Made by a program: the position numbers and the translations under genes
Sequence record: OR757434.1
DNA from: Escherichia phage vB-EcoP-XT18
Length of the DNA: 64,000 bases
Strand: one strand, 5' to 3'
Part shown: piece by piece, positions 19,188 through 28,781 of the stretch
Position numbering within the stretch: the first letter of the stretch is position 1
Layout of the letters: every line of letters begins with the position of its first letter
The notes under the pieces: generated by a model
What the model saw: the letters and a program-made list of their open reading frames with translations, nothing else
Databases searched by the model: none
Told to the model about the DNA's origin: nothing

Positions 19188-22145
19188 TTATCTTCGCCCG
19201 CCAACAGCAAATTCAATAGTTAGGCCATTGATAGCTGCATTACTGTTAACATCATTATCTATAACATTATAGAATAGATACGGATGGTTCAGTCGGACAC
19301 CTACATGTCTGTCCACACCAATCGTATAAGACTTTTCACTGTGAATATGTCTATCTTCCTGATCAGAATACTGACTACCGCCAGCTTGGAATATATAGGT
19401 ACCTGACCCTGTTACTTGTGGACGGAATCGGTTTATGTGCTTCTGATTCCATTCGTTAGTTACATTGTCAAAATCTATACCAGTTCTTTCCAGTTTCATC
19501 TCTAAAGGCTTCCTGACAACAATATCATTCAACCTATCGAATGAGTAGTCATAAGGACCTACATCCACTTGGTAAAAGCCTTTCATCCAAGAACCTACTA
19601 CAGTGACTCTCTGACGGAAGTTAGTAGAATCCTTTCTCCACACAAGTTCACTGATTGAAGGGTCATCCCAAGTATACTCTTGGAAATCCACCCAAGTAGG
19701 ACCTTTCTCTAGAGTTGGAGGATCAACTAAACCGATACAATGAGAGAATGGGATTGTACGGAAAGACCATGTATCAAACTCATAGTTCCATACAGCGGCT
19801 TTAGTACAAGCAAAACTCCCAGCAGGCTCTCCGGGTCCAACATAGAGAATCCACACTTCCTTCTTATCTTGATGTAAGTGAACCTTAGTGGCTAAAGGGT
19901 TTACTAAACAGATTTCGTTGATAAGCATGTTCTTGACCCTGTTGGATGCAATAGATTTCTTAGTTGCACCATTGTGTAGAATAACATCATTCTGAGTAAC
20001 AACAAAGTGACTGCTCTCAACTTCAACCACACACTCAGGAGCTAAGATTCCAGAATCGTTGAAGAGCTTCTTGAACATTAGTGGTTGATATGTGTTGTTA
20101 GTTGGGGATCCGATGTAAGTCTCAAACTCTGTGTAGATAAATAAGTAATCCTTAAGAGGAAGAATCTCAACTAAACTACCGTTTGAGTCAGCTAAATCTA
20201 TATACCCAGCATATCCATTTTCCAGAGCCTCAGTCTGACCTACAACGTTTGCCGCTAAGTCTGAAGTCACATATCTATCGTAAGCAAAATCATCCCATAA
20301 AGTAGGTGCCTTATTCTCATTAGCGTAATTAGACCAGCGAAGGCGAAGAGGATAGTGAGTGGTAACCCCTGATGCATTAGACTCTCGCATATTAAGAGCA
20401 AATAGGCGATTATTAAATGCACGAATCCTTTCGCACTTCCAGTTATATTTTACAACAGATGGGTTTCCGTTAGCATCAACTATCGTCTGCTCCCCCCACC
20501 CCGGAAGATCTGTGAAGTACTCAGAGGCAAACTCTTTTACTTGAGGGGTTTCGTAGTGAGTGGTGAATACTGCGCAGTTAGAAATAATCGTATTGTACCA
20601 AGGATATTCCTCAAACGCTTCATAGTCTCTACGAGCTACCTGACTAGCAGTACAGGTTATCTTCACTTTGCCAGTCTTAATAGCAGTTAAGGTAAAGGAA
20701 GGCCCAGTAGTGGAAGTAGAGGATACATATCCCGGCTGATCTACCACCCAATTATAAAGATAGTCTCCTTCAGGGAATGCCGTTGCAGTTATTACTAATT
20801 CATCTCCAACATCAATTTCAGTATCCACAATGTCAAGAGTTAAAGTTTCAAGTTGAGCTGACCTTGACATAACTGCATTTAAAGAATAGGCTTCGACTCC
20901 ATCAACCATAGAATAGTCATAAAAAGGGTTGCCCTCTGACATAGCCGAAGTGTCGATACCTGAATCCGTAGAACTCGGTTCTTCAGGAGGAGCTGATGCA
21001 GCAGCAAAAAGGGTTCTACTTGACAGCTCAACTCTAACACTACAGGTAGCTGTCCTCTCACCTTCTTCCGTAGTTGCTGTTATAACTGTGAACCCAGCTG
21101 TGAGTCCAGAGATAGTACCTTGAAGACCTGTTCCAGAAACAGTAGCAATATTTGGATTAGAGGAGGTCCAAGTTATTTTCTGATTTGCAGCATTTGATGG
21201 GATTAAACTAGCATACAAGACATATGACGCCCCACGGTTAATTTGTAAATCTGTTTGACTCAAAGATATACTGTCAATTTGATTAATAACACTAACAGAA
21301 CATTCTGAGGTCTTAGACCCATTGCTTGCAGTTATTAGTGCATTACCTACTCCTTGAGCGGATAAAACTGCTGTAGTAGTATCACCGTTAGGAGCTACAG
21401 AAATAATGGCTGGGTTAGAAGAAGTCCATGTTAGAGGGGTCTTACTGGATGTTGCTGTAAGTGTGGTTGTTCCGCCTTTACGGAGTTGGACAGAGTCCCG
21501 GTTAAGGAAGATACCAGAATCAGAATCAACAACCCTTACGGAGATGCTGGCAGTCACAGAATCATCTTCATTAGAGACAGTGACAGTAAAGCTGCCCTCA
21601 TTAGATAAGACACTCAATGTAGCTTTCTTACTATCATCAGGATCAACTAGTATTGAACCATAAGAAGGATTACTAACCTCCCACACAAGAGATGGTGTAG
21701 TAACACCCTCCGGAAGAAGAGATACCTCAAGAGTCTTGCTTTCATTAAAATTCATAATGACAGACGTTTCTTTAGGGATGATCTCCGTTAGTACAGGATT
21801 TATCTTAACATAAGACACAGCTTTTTTGGTGACTGTAGCCACTCTTCGACTAACATCAATCATAGATTCGTTGTTCAGTCTAAAAATACTCTTATCTGTA
21901 CCTACCAGCAAGAAGCTATTGTTAGCGCTAAAGTAGTCAAAAGGCATTGAAGCGAATGATAATGGTTTTATTTCTTTATCACTCTCAACGTAAGAAAGAG
22001 GGGCAGAGCCCCCCGTTTTAAACACACGCTGTTCTACAAACCGAGCATTGATTGCATTAGTGAATGCATTAGGAGCCAGATCTGTAGGAGATTGGTCGGC
22101 AATAACACCAACCGCACCCAAAGATTTTATTGGGTAGAGAGCCAT
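19188..22145 (-). CDS. tail protein with bacterial Ig-like (BIG2-type) domains
   Basis: 985 aa; repeated Ig-like segments (e.g. TLEVSLLPEGVTTPSLVWEVSNPSYGSILVDPDD, TLTATSSKTPLTWTSSNPAIISVAPNG). Confidence 0.5.
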   Translation of the reverse strand: MALYPIKSLGAVGVIADQSPTDLAPNAFTNAINARFVEQRVFKTGGSAPLSYVESDKEIKPLSFASMPFDYFSANNSFLLVGTDKSIFRLNNESMIDVSRRVATVTKKAVSYVKINPVLTEIIPKETSVIMNFNESKTLEVSLLPEGVTTPSLVWEVSNPSYGSILVDPDDSKKATLSVLSNEGSFTVTVSNEDDSVTASISVRVVDSDSGIFLNRDSVQLRKGGTTTLTATSSKTPLTWTSSNPAIISVAPNGDTTTAVLSAQGVGNALITASNGSKTSECSVSVINQIDSISLSQTDLQINRGASYVLYASLIPSNAANQKITWTSSNPNIATVSGTGLQGTISGLTAGFTVITATTEEGERTATCSVRVELSSRTLFAAASAPPEEPSSTDSGIDTSAMSEGNPFYDYSMVDGVEAYSLNAVMSRSAQLETLTLDIVDTEIDVGDELVITATAFPEGDYLYNWVVDQPGYVSSTSTTGPSFTLTAIKTGKVKITCTASQVARRDYEAFEEYPWYNTIISNCAVFTTHYETPQVKEFASEYFTDLPGWGEQTIVDANGNPSVVKYNWKCERIRAFNNRLFALNMRESNASGVTTHYPLRLRWSNYANENKAPTLWDDFAYDRYVTSDLAANVVGQTEALENGYAGYIDLADSNGSLVEILPLKDYLFIYTEFETYIGSPTNNTYQPLMFKKLFNDSGILAPECVVEVESSHFVVTQNDVILHNGATKKSIASNRVKNMLINEICLVNPLATKVHLHQDKKEVWILYVGPGEPAGSFACTKAAVWNYEFDTWSFRTIPFSHCIGLVDPPTLEKGPTWVDFQEYTWDDPSISELVWRKDSTNFRQRVTVVGSWMKGFYQVDVGPYDYSFDRLNDIVVRKPLEMKLERTGIDFDNVTNEWNQKHINRFRPQVTGSGTYIFQAGGSQYSDQEDRHIHSEKSYTIGVDRHVGVRLNHPYLFYNVIDNDVNSNAAINGLTIEFAVGGRR

Positions 22146-22154
22146 ACTTCCTCC

Positions 22155-22958
22155 TTAACTAATACGTCTCCAGATATATGCTGCACGGAAAGGTGGTAGC
22201 GTATTTATAGGTTGACGAGATACGTCATCATAGCCAAATGTTGCATTGCCAGTGATAGAGTGGGTGTGGGTATCAGAACTTGTTACAGCAGAATATCCAC
22301 TACCTGGACTGTACCAGTTAGGTGAGCTATTATGACCACTTGCATCTCCACGTCCAAATGATGTAGTGTGTGAGTGTGTATAGTTAGAAAGAGAAAAACT
22401 TGAACCAGAGATTGTAGTCAATGGCAGGTTCTCTGTCTTAACTGTGTTGTAAACACGACCACCTGTAGCACCAGCAGTAAACTCCACACGCTGAGCATTA
22501 GGGACTGTCCCATCAGGGTTCACAACCCCAGCACCCATGATAACACCAGTAACTGCTGTCCAGATACCAAACCCTAAAGATGTAGAATCTCCAGGGTTAA
22601 TATCTTCCTCAGTGATGTAATAAGACCCAACCCTGTAAATCTTATTCTGCATCCAGTTGAGCATAAAAGATTCCATTTGAGCTTTGGTGGTAAAGTCGCT
22701 ATTACCAGTACCTGCTGTACCGTTCTTAATCATCAGACCACCAACATCCATATAGTCACCAGCAAAAGAGATCTTGTCAGAGATGGCGGCTAGTGTATCA
22801 GAATCTACTGTCATAGGCTCAGTTAAGTTGGGGAATGTGTTCTGTAATACTTGCTTAACTAGGCGCAGCTGGGCTGCACCTTCATAGATATAATCTCTAT
22901 CACGAGGATAGAGAGGGTTTAAGTCGGTAACTACTACCGCATTAGTTTCAATAGCCAA
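22155..22958 (-). CDS. tail fibre protein with collar-like C-terminal region
   Basis: Gly/Ser/Thr-rich C-terminus ending QPINTLPPFRAAYIWRRIS, resembling tail-collar fibre ends. Confidence 0.4.
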   Translation of the reverse strand: MAIETNAVVVTDLNPLYPRDRDYIYEGAAQLRLVKQVLQNTFPNLTEPMTVDSDTLAAISDKISFAGDYMDVGGLMIKNGTAGTGNSDFTTKAQMESFMLNWMQNKIYRVGSYYITEEDINPGDSTSLGFGIWTAVTGVIMGAGVVNPDGTVPNAQRVEFTAGATGGRVYNTVKTENLPLTTISGSSFSLSNYTHSHTTSFGRGDASGHNSSPNWYSPGSGYSAVTSSDTHTHSITGNATFGYDDVSRQPINTLPPFRAAYIWRRIS

Positions 22959-22970
22959 GAGGCACCTCCA

Positions 22971-23462
22971 TTAATATTTACCTTCGGTATAAAGATCAGC
23001 TTCTGCAACCCTTCTGTTATGAAGACCCTGACTTCTCTGCTTCACTCCCTTGACCGTTATCTTATCCCAACGAAGAAATTCAGAATATACATCCCCTTTA
23101 ACGTCTCCATTGATAACCTTCCTTAACTTAGATGTGCTCAAAGCCCCACTACCAACATTAAAGTTGAAAGAGGTGAGTGCATCAAACTCATGAACTAGCA
23201 AAGGAACCTTTATGTTCTTCTGAGTAGCACGAACAGAGTCTTGTGTGTCTCTATCTAGCAGAGCTAGACAATCCTCTATAGAATACGTTAATCCTTGTCT
23301 AACCGGATAACCATTCATATCGCGCGTAGCCCCTACACATATCGTCCAGATACCTGCGGAATCTTTATAAGCCTTAGTTCTCATACCCTCATGCTTCATG
23401 ATAAATTCAATTCCAGCTGGGCTTAAGTTTAATTGTACAGGTGGCAATGCGGCGTTATCCAT
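22971..23462 (-). CDS. endolysin, GH24 (T4-type) lysozyme
   Basis: HEGMRTKAYKDSAGIWTICVGAT matches the catalytic Glu/Asp/Thr triad spacing of T4 lysozyme-family enzymes. Confidence 0.7.
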   Translation of the reverse strand: MDNAALPPVQLNLSPAGIEFIMKHEGMRTKAYKDSAGIWTICVGATRDMNGYPVRQGLTYSIEDCLALLDRDTQDSVRATQKNIKVPLLVHEFDALTSFNFNVGSGALSTSKLRKVINGDVKGDVYSEFLRWDKITVKGVKQRSQGLHNRRVAEADLYTEGKY

Positions 23463-23491
23463 TTCTAACCTCCTTTTGTAGTCCCTTTAGA

Positions 23492-23710
23492 TTAAGGTAA
23501 TATCTTTCTCAGAGCGTTAGATTCAGCATCAGGACAAATAACAACTAAGTTATTTTGAATTATTCTCTGCTTACATTGAGAACTAAGTTTCTCTACTGGA
23601 GCAGGGATATTTACTAATGGGTGAACTGCACCTACAGGAACTGCGGTCGACACCACAACACCTGCACCTAAACACACCAAACCATATGCAGCTTGTTTCA
23701 TCATTTTCAT
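23492..23710 (-). CDS. small membrane protein, possible holin or lysis accessory protein
   Basis: Single hydrophobic segment AAYGLVCLGAGVVVSTAVPVGAV; immediately upstream of endolysin. Confidence 0.3.
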   Translation of the reverse strand: MKMMKQAAYGLVCLGAGVVVSTAVPVGAVHPLVNIPAPVEKLSSQCKQRIIQNNLVVICPDAESNALRKILP

Positions 23711-23825
23711 TTAAGTGTCTCCTATATATTAACCTCTTGAGATATATTAGTTTCATTACCCATCAAGAAAAGGTACTGCTAAAAATTCTTGATGGGCTGT
23801 TCTTATCACATATAGAGTATCAAGA

Positions 23826-25898
23826 TCATATCAATCCATAGATGATGTTGTGAAGAACACACCCCCCAACTGCGCCACCTATGTTGAAATTAATTTCAGC
23901 CTTACTGGACCCTGGAGGAACTGAATCAATAACAGCATAGAAACTGAACGAGTTGTTACTAGGTATGTAATATCCAATAGACTCAGAAACTGCATTACCT
24001 GCTGAATCTAGAAACCTAATAGATGCTAGTGTAGTGGTTGTATTCTTAGCCCAAAAACCAAACTGAAAGTATCTTCCGGGATGACACTCACTCACTGATT
24101 GGGTGAAGTTTGCCGAGCTAGTCGTATCTGGGACACCAAAAGAGAATGATGTGTTAAACATAGGAGACGAACTCGGAACATCATTGGGTTGAGAAACTGA
24201 CACTACCCCTGATCCTGTTTGACTAAATGTCCAGTTAGATGTATTTAAGAATTGCCCGGAACCATTACTAAGACTATTAATGTAAGGGCTTACAATAGAT
24301 CCAAGATCCCACCTACTTAAGACAAAACCAGCTCTAGGGTAACATCCGTTAGACACAACTCTCTTACTATCACCGCCGATGAGTTGGCGAGTAGGGAAAC
24401 CAGTGGCTAGAGTATTGTTGCCATACAGAGGTAGAGAGCAGTTTGTCAGAGAAACAAAACCATCCCCATTACTTACTATAGGGACAGAACTAAAACCTAC
24501 AGGGACCAAAATTGTCGAATCTTTTATGCTCAATCTCGAACTACCATTAACAGAAAAAGAAACAAAAGACTGATCCGGTTGATACTCAATGTTCCCATTA
24601 GAAAAAACAACTGTGGCGTTGTCTGTCATTATAATGGTTGGGTCAAAATATCCAGACTTTTTCCCAGCAGGAAGTGAACACGTATCAAAGATGAATTGTC
24701 CATTCTCAAAAGTAAAAGGTCCTCCGTTATCCACGCACCAGCAGTGATTGAACTTTATAACTTCTCCAGAGTTCGCTCTTGATTTAAAAACAACCGTGTC
24801 CGTAAAGCTTCTACTTATTGCACATTTGTCAAAAAGGATCCTATATGAATTATCAAGGAATTCAAGACCAGCTGTTGAGATAAAACCACAATTTTCTATC
24901 CGAACTTCCGACACCTCCCCACTATCAGTCCCTCCAATTACAACCTTTCTGGCACCTAGACCAACAAAGGACACTCCTGATATCTTAGCTGTTGAAGAAA
25001 TCGAATCTCTAAGCCCATAATCTGTGTTTGAATTTATAATCTTCAAGAAATATTGACCTGTTGCTCCAGCCCCTTCCTGAAGCTTACAATTATTATAGCC
25101 TATCAAGGCTCCTTTAGAAACGTCAATAGCTATCTCAGATAATACGGATCCAGAAGTTGGAACTATACAATCGTAACCAGAGGAGTTCACTTTGTTGATA
25201 TAAACAGCAATATCCCCGCTGCCAGTGTAGCCTGCATCAAACACAGAAGCTTCTCCAGAGAATAGCAACCTCTTCCATTTTACAGAAACTCCACTGAAAA
25301 CCACCACCCCATCAGCTGTTTCTGAATTGTCTATTGCTACAAACACACCCCCTCCCATATTAGCCCCTTCGACATAAGATCTTACAAAGACTTTGTCACC
25401 TACAGAAGCTCCCTCTAAGGTCTGAAGTTGTTCAATAGAGGGGAGATCTCCAATAAGATTAAACCCTGTAGGCAGGCCTAGTTCTTGAGAGACCACATTA
25501 GATACCTGACCTAATGCCACTGCTTCGTCACTCTCAACGGCGTTTGGTATACGTATAGGTTGAGAAAAAGTTACCTTATTTGTCATCGAAGTAATATCTG
25601 AGTTAGCCCCACTCTTAGCCGCAACCAGTGCGAGCCTTGCCGTGTCCGGAGAAGAGGCTCCTGTACCACCTTTCGAAATAGGAACAATATTTTCTACAGA
25701 AACATCACCTAATCCTAAATTAGATCTAGCAATAGTAGTATTAATTGCTCCTGTACCACCTTTCGAAATAGGAACAATATTTTCTACAGAAACATCACCT
25801 AATCCTAAATTAGATCTAGCAATAGTAGTATTAATTGCTCCTGTACCACCTTTCGAAATAGGAACAGGCTCCTGTACCACCTTTCGAAATAGGAACAA
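23826..25898 (-). CDS. tail fibre, C-terminal portion (begins inside frameshifted repeat array)
   Basis: N-terminus is 30-aa repeats ISKGGTGAINTTIARSNLGLGDVSVENIVP; TTG start without RBS lies inside the repeat. Confidence 0.55.
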   Translation of the reverse strand: MFLFRKVVQEPVPISKGGTGAINTTIARSNLGLGDVSVENIVPISKGGTGAINTTIARSNLGLGDVSVENIVPISKGGTGASSPDTARLALVAAKSGANSDITSMTNKVTFSQPIRIPNAVESDEAVALGQVSNVVSQELGLPTGFNLIGDLPSIEQLQTLEGASVGDKVFVRSYVEGANMGGGVFVAIDNSETADGVVVFSGVSVKWKRLLFSGEASVFDAGYTGSGDIAVYINKVNSSGYDCIVPTSGSVLSEIAIDVSKGALIGYNNCKLQEGAGATGQYFLKIINSNTDYGLRDSISSTAKISGVSFVGLGARKVVIGGTDSGEVSEVRIENCGFISTAGLEFLDNSYRILFDKCAISRSFTDTVVFKSRANSGEVIKFNHCWCVDNGGPFTFENGQFIFDTCSLPAGKKSGYFDPTIIMTDNATVVFSNGNIEYQPDQSFVSFSVNGSSRLSIKDSTILVPVGFSSVPIVSNGDGFVSLTNCSLPLYGNNTLATGFPTRQLIGGDSKRVVSNGCYPRAGFVLSRWDLGSIVSPYINSLSNGSGQFLNTSNWTFSQTGSGVVSVSQPNDVPSSSPMFNTSFSFGVPDTTSSANFTQSVSECHPGRYFQFGFWAKNTTTTLASIRFLDSAGNAVSESIGYYIPSNNSFSFYAVIDSVPPGSSKAEINFNIGGAVGGCVLHNIIYGLI

Positions 25899-26030
25899 TA
25901 TTTTCTACAGAAACATCACCTAATCCTAAATTAGATCTAGCAATAGTAGTATTAATTGCTCCTGTACCACCTTTCGAAATAGGAACAATATTTTCTACAG
26001 AAACATCACCTAATCCTAAATTAGATCTAG
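25657..26030. repeat. tandem 90-bp (30-codon) direct repeats, about 4 units, with a 31-bp partial duplication
   Basis: Unit gctcctgtaccacctttcgaaataggaacaatattttctacagaaacatcacctaatcctaaattagatctagcaatagtagtattaatt repeated in tandem; extra 31 bp at 25867-25897. Confidence 0.85.
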
Positions 26031-26892
26031 ACCCCTCTGCCGTGGAAGAACCCGTACCGCCTTGGAGCAGAGAGAGAGGTGTGGTTAGACCTGAGAGGGA
26101 GGTAATATCTGAGTTAGAGCCACTCTTAGCTGCACCGGTAATCTGCTCAACAGTATAGTCTCCGGCCTGCGGTGATACAACACCTGTCCGTGAGTTAAAA
26201 CTGGAAACCACCTGTAAAGAAACTTCTCCTGTTTGAGCAACACCTCCATTAAGAGATACTGACCGAACAGAGGGGATTAGATTAGCAATGTCAACCATTG
26301 AGGTTCTATACAGCCCACCAGAGTCCTTATCTACGAAAAAACCATAATCATCCGACACAGGAATACCAACAGGAGTTTCCCCAATGTCTGAAATTGTACC
26401 ATCTGTTCCGTCACGACCCGGCTTCCCTTCTGGAATACCAAAAGAGAATACACCAGTTGTATTGTCATAGGAACCCGTTGCCAAACTACCTGGGGGTAGT
26501 AGCGTCGTCTGTACCGTCATATTAGAAATAATATCAAGCTGTTCTAGGACTTGCTGCGTTGCTTCTCTTGAAAGATCTGTAGCTGCATTTGTATTGTCAA
26601 TAGCCTGTCCCGTAGACTGAATAAGACCTAGAAGAGTCTGATTCTGTGCTTCAAAGTCTTCTTTAAGTTGCTTAATGTCAGACTCTAGCAGGAACCCTTG
26701 AGCGTATAGACGTTCTACCTCAGCAAGAATCTCATCTACTGAAGAATATTTAGTCTGGGATAACAGCGCCCAATATTTAGCATCAGCTGCATACTCAGCC
26801 GCTGATTTATAAGCACCAATTGATCCTTCTGTAGCACCAAATTGGCCTACATTATTCACCGCTGTAGGTGCTGAATTGTTGTAACTGATCAT
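25831..26892 (-). CDS. tail fibre, N-terminal portion (terminates inside repeat array)
   Basis: C-terminus carries the same 30-aa repeats then goes out of frame after the 31-bp duplication. Confidence 0.55.
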   Translation of the reverse strand: MISYNNSAPTAVNNVGQFGATEGSIGAYKSAAEYAADAKYWALLSQTKYSSVDEILAEVERLYAQGFLLESDIKQLKEDFEAQNQTLLGLIQSTGQAIDNTNAATDLSREATQQVLEQLDIISNMTVQTTLLPPGSLATGSYDNTTGVFSFGIPEGKPGRDGTDGTISDIGETPVGIPVSDDYGFFVDKDSGGLYRTSMVDIANLIPSVRSVSLNGGVAQTGEVSLQVVSSFNSRTGVVSPQAGDYTVEQITGAAKSGSNSDITSLSGLTTPLSLLQGGTGSSTAEGSRSNLGLGDVSVENIVPISKGGTGAINTTIARSNLGLGDVSVENIVPISKGGTGACSYFERWYRSN

Positions 26893-26901
26893 ATTATCTC
26901 C

Positions 26902-27678
26902 TTATACACGAGAAGTACGAATACCATAAATATCAGGCAAGCTGCTCTGAAGCCGAGTCATGTTATTCGGAATTGCGATAGGTGAACCTGAGTACTCTTG
27001 TTTCTTATTCTGCTCTACCATTTCATCAAGGATAGCTTTTCCTAATGCTGACCATTTCTGAACTCCGTTGTCATCTTGAACAAACAAGCAAGCATGACGT
27101 AGAGTAAAGTACAGAAGAAGTTCTGGTGCGATAGTAAGAATAGCACTAGTGTCTGTGTCTTCATGGAATTCCGGTGGGTCTGCATAATAACTAAGAATTA
27201 CTGAGTTTTCTGCTGGAATCAAAGGACTTCCATCATCAGGGTAATACGGAGTGTCTGCTTCGATGCTAGGATAGAAAATGAAACGACTACCGAAACGAGC
27301 AAAGTTAACAGGTTGATTGTTCCAATGAGATGGGTTAATTGTTCCATGCTGTCTACGATAGCTAATCTCTTCAGGAGATGTTACTTGGAAGATTGTACCA
27401 TCTTTGGCTCTCATCATCCATTGAGCTTCTAAGTAATCAGGAGGAATGTAAGCTACTCCATCTTTAATATCTAAATACACTTCTTTTTCCAGAGGAGGGA
27501 TACGTAAATTACGATAAATCTCTTTCTCTGCAAAGTTAATAAAGTTTGGAATTTGATTAACAAATTCGTCATCGTCCCTATCTGCCCAGAGGGCCACGGC
27601 CTTCTTTAGCCACCCATAGGTATTGATGGGGTATTGAACGTCAGGCAACATAGGATACCTCCTTCCAGTTTGTGCCAT
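26902..27678 (-). CDS. virion structural protein (possible head-tail adaptor or tail tubular protein)
   Basis: Position between capsid and tail fibre genes; no motif recognised. Confidence 0.3.
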   Translation of the reverse strand: MAQTGRRYPMLPDVQYPINTYGWLKKAVALWADRDDDEFVNQIPNFINFAEKEIYRNLRIPPLEKEVYLDIKDGVAYIPPDYLEAQWMMRAKDGTIFQVTSPEEISYRRQHGTINPSHWNNQPVNFARFGSRFIFYPSIEADTPYYPDDGSPLIPAENSVILSYYADPPEFHEDTDTSAILTIAPELLLYFTLRHACLFVQDDNGVQKWSALGKAILDEMVEQNKKQEYSGSPIAIPNNMTRLQSSLPDIYGIRTSRV

Positions 27679-28153
27679 TGATTATCAGGCTTATTGTACT
27701 TGAAGAGACTCCAAACTTCCTAGCTAAAGCTCTAGCTCCGAACTGTCTGTCCCTCGGTTTATAGTTCTCTAAACAGAAAAGAACTTGTTCTTTAGTAAGT
27801 TTGGAATTAGGGTTATCCTCAAGATTTCTTGGTGTTGAGAGTTTTGTTTCATAAGCATGTACACAGTTTTCTTGTTGAGTACACCACTCTAGATTCTCAA
27901 TCCTGTTATCATCTTTTATTCCATTCTTATGGTTGACATAATCCTTCCCTTCTACTTTAGGAAGAAAGAGTTCAGCTATGACCCTGTGCTCTAGGTACGA
28001 TTTCTTCTTGAAGGTTAGTACACGATATCCCTTATTATTAATACATCCAGCACGTTGCCCTTTCTGTTTATTGAATATGTTACTCATAGACCAGAAAAGA
28101 TGCCCTGTATTTGGGTTATATGTAAAAGCTCCTCTGAAATCTGGCATTGCCAT
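27641..28153 (-). CDS. HNH homing endonuclease
   Basis: YLEHRVIAELF ... VNHKNGIKDDNRIENLEW HNH_3-type motif; inserted between capsid and tail genes. Confidence 0.6.
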   Translation of the reverse strand: MAMPDFRGAFTYNPNTGHLFWSMSNIFNKQKGQRAGCINNKGYRVLTFKKKSYLEHRVIAELFLPKVEGKDYVNHKNGIKDDNRIENLEWCTQQENCVHAYETKLSTPRNLEDNPNSKLTKEQVLFCLENYKPRDRQFGARALARKFGVSSSTISLIINGTNWKEVSYVA

Positions 28154-28186
28154 AGGTTGTCCTCCTTGTTATATGTAGACAAAGAA

Positions 28187-28195
28187 TATACATTA
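28187..28195 (-). promoter_or_regulatory. TAATGTATA motif
   Basis: Reverse complement of tatacatta, 35 nt upstream of HNH start, just downstream of terminator. Confidence 0.3.
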
Positions 28196-28222
28196 CACAC
28201 TAGCTTGTATAGGTCTTAAAAC

Positions 28223-28247
28223 GAAAAAACCCCGCCCGAAGGCAGGG
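28223..28247 (-). terminator. rho-independent terminator after capsid gene block
   Basis: ccctgcc-ttcg-ggcgggg hairpin followed by TTTTTT on - strand. Confidence 0.65.
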
Positions 28248-28254
28248 TCTAATT

Positions 28255-28698
28255 TTAAGCAGCAGGTGTTACACCTGTGAATTCACAAGTGGCTGTTACA
28301 AGAGGTTTAGTCTCGTGTGTAGCTGTAACAGAGACTGCACCCGTAGCAGTATCAGCAAGAGTCAAAAGACCAGCTGCACTAACAGTGCCCGCTTCCGGAG
28401 GAGTTACCTCAAAAGTATAGTCACTTCCGGTAGAGTTTGTTGCTGTAAACATAGTAGAGAATGCGGTTGTTGATCCACCCACCTTCCCTGAAATCGGACC
28501 TCGGCTAACAAGGGTAGGTTCAGGGTCAGCAATAGCTGAGATCGTAGATGTACCGGATTTACCACCTTTAGTAGCTTTCACTGTAATCGGGGTTTCTTGC
28601 GACGCACTCGGTGCAGTATACAGTCCAGAAACAGAAATAGCCCCACCACCCTCAACGGACCAAACAAATCCAGTTGTTGATGTGGAGCTATCACTCAT
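28255..28698 (-). CDS. Ig-like (BIG2-type) domain, probably expressed as -1 frameshift C-terminal extension of the major capsid protein
   Basis: Frame stays open 31 codons upstream of the ATG into the capsid gene; upstream in-frame translation TITVSPSSVASLPTGATQQFTATA is itself Ig-like; no own RBS. Confidence 0.5.
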   Translation of the reverse strand: MSDSSTSTTGFVWSVEGGGAISVSGLYTAPSASQETPITVKATKGGKSGTSTISAIADPEPTLVSRGPISGKVGGSTTAFSTMFTATNSTGSDYTFEVTPPEAGTVSAAGLLTLADTATGAVSVTATHETKPLVTATCEFTGVTPAA

Positions 28699-28781
28699 TT
28701 GTGCTGTAGCTGTAAACTGCTGAGTAGCCCCCGTCGGAAGGCTTGCAACCGACGAAGGACTAACAGTTATGGTATCTACTG

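Noticed and set aside
25642-25923. Possible CRISPR-like array from the regularly spaced repeats
   Set aside because: The repeats are contiguous 90-bp in-frame coding units without unique spacers and lie inside a tail-fibre gene.
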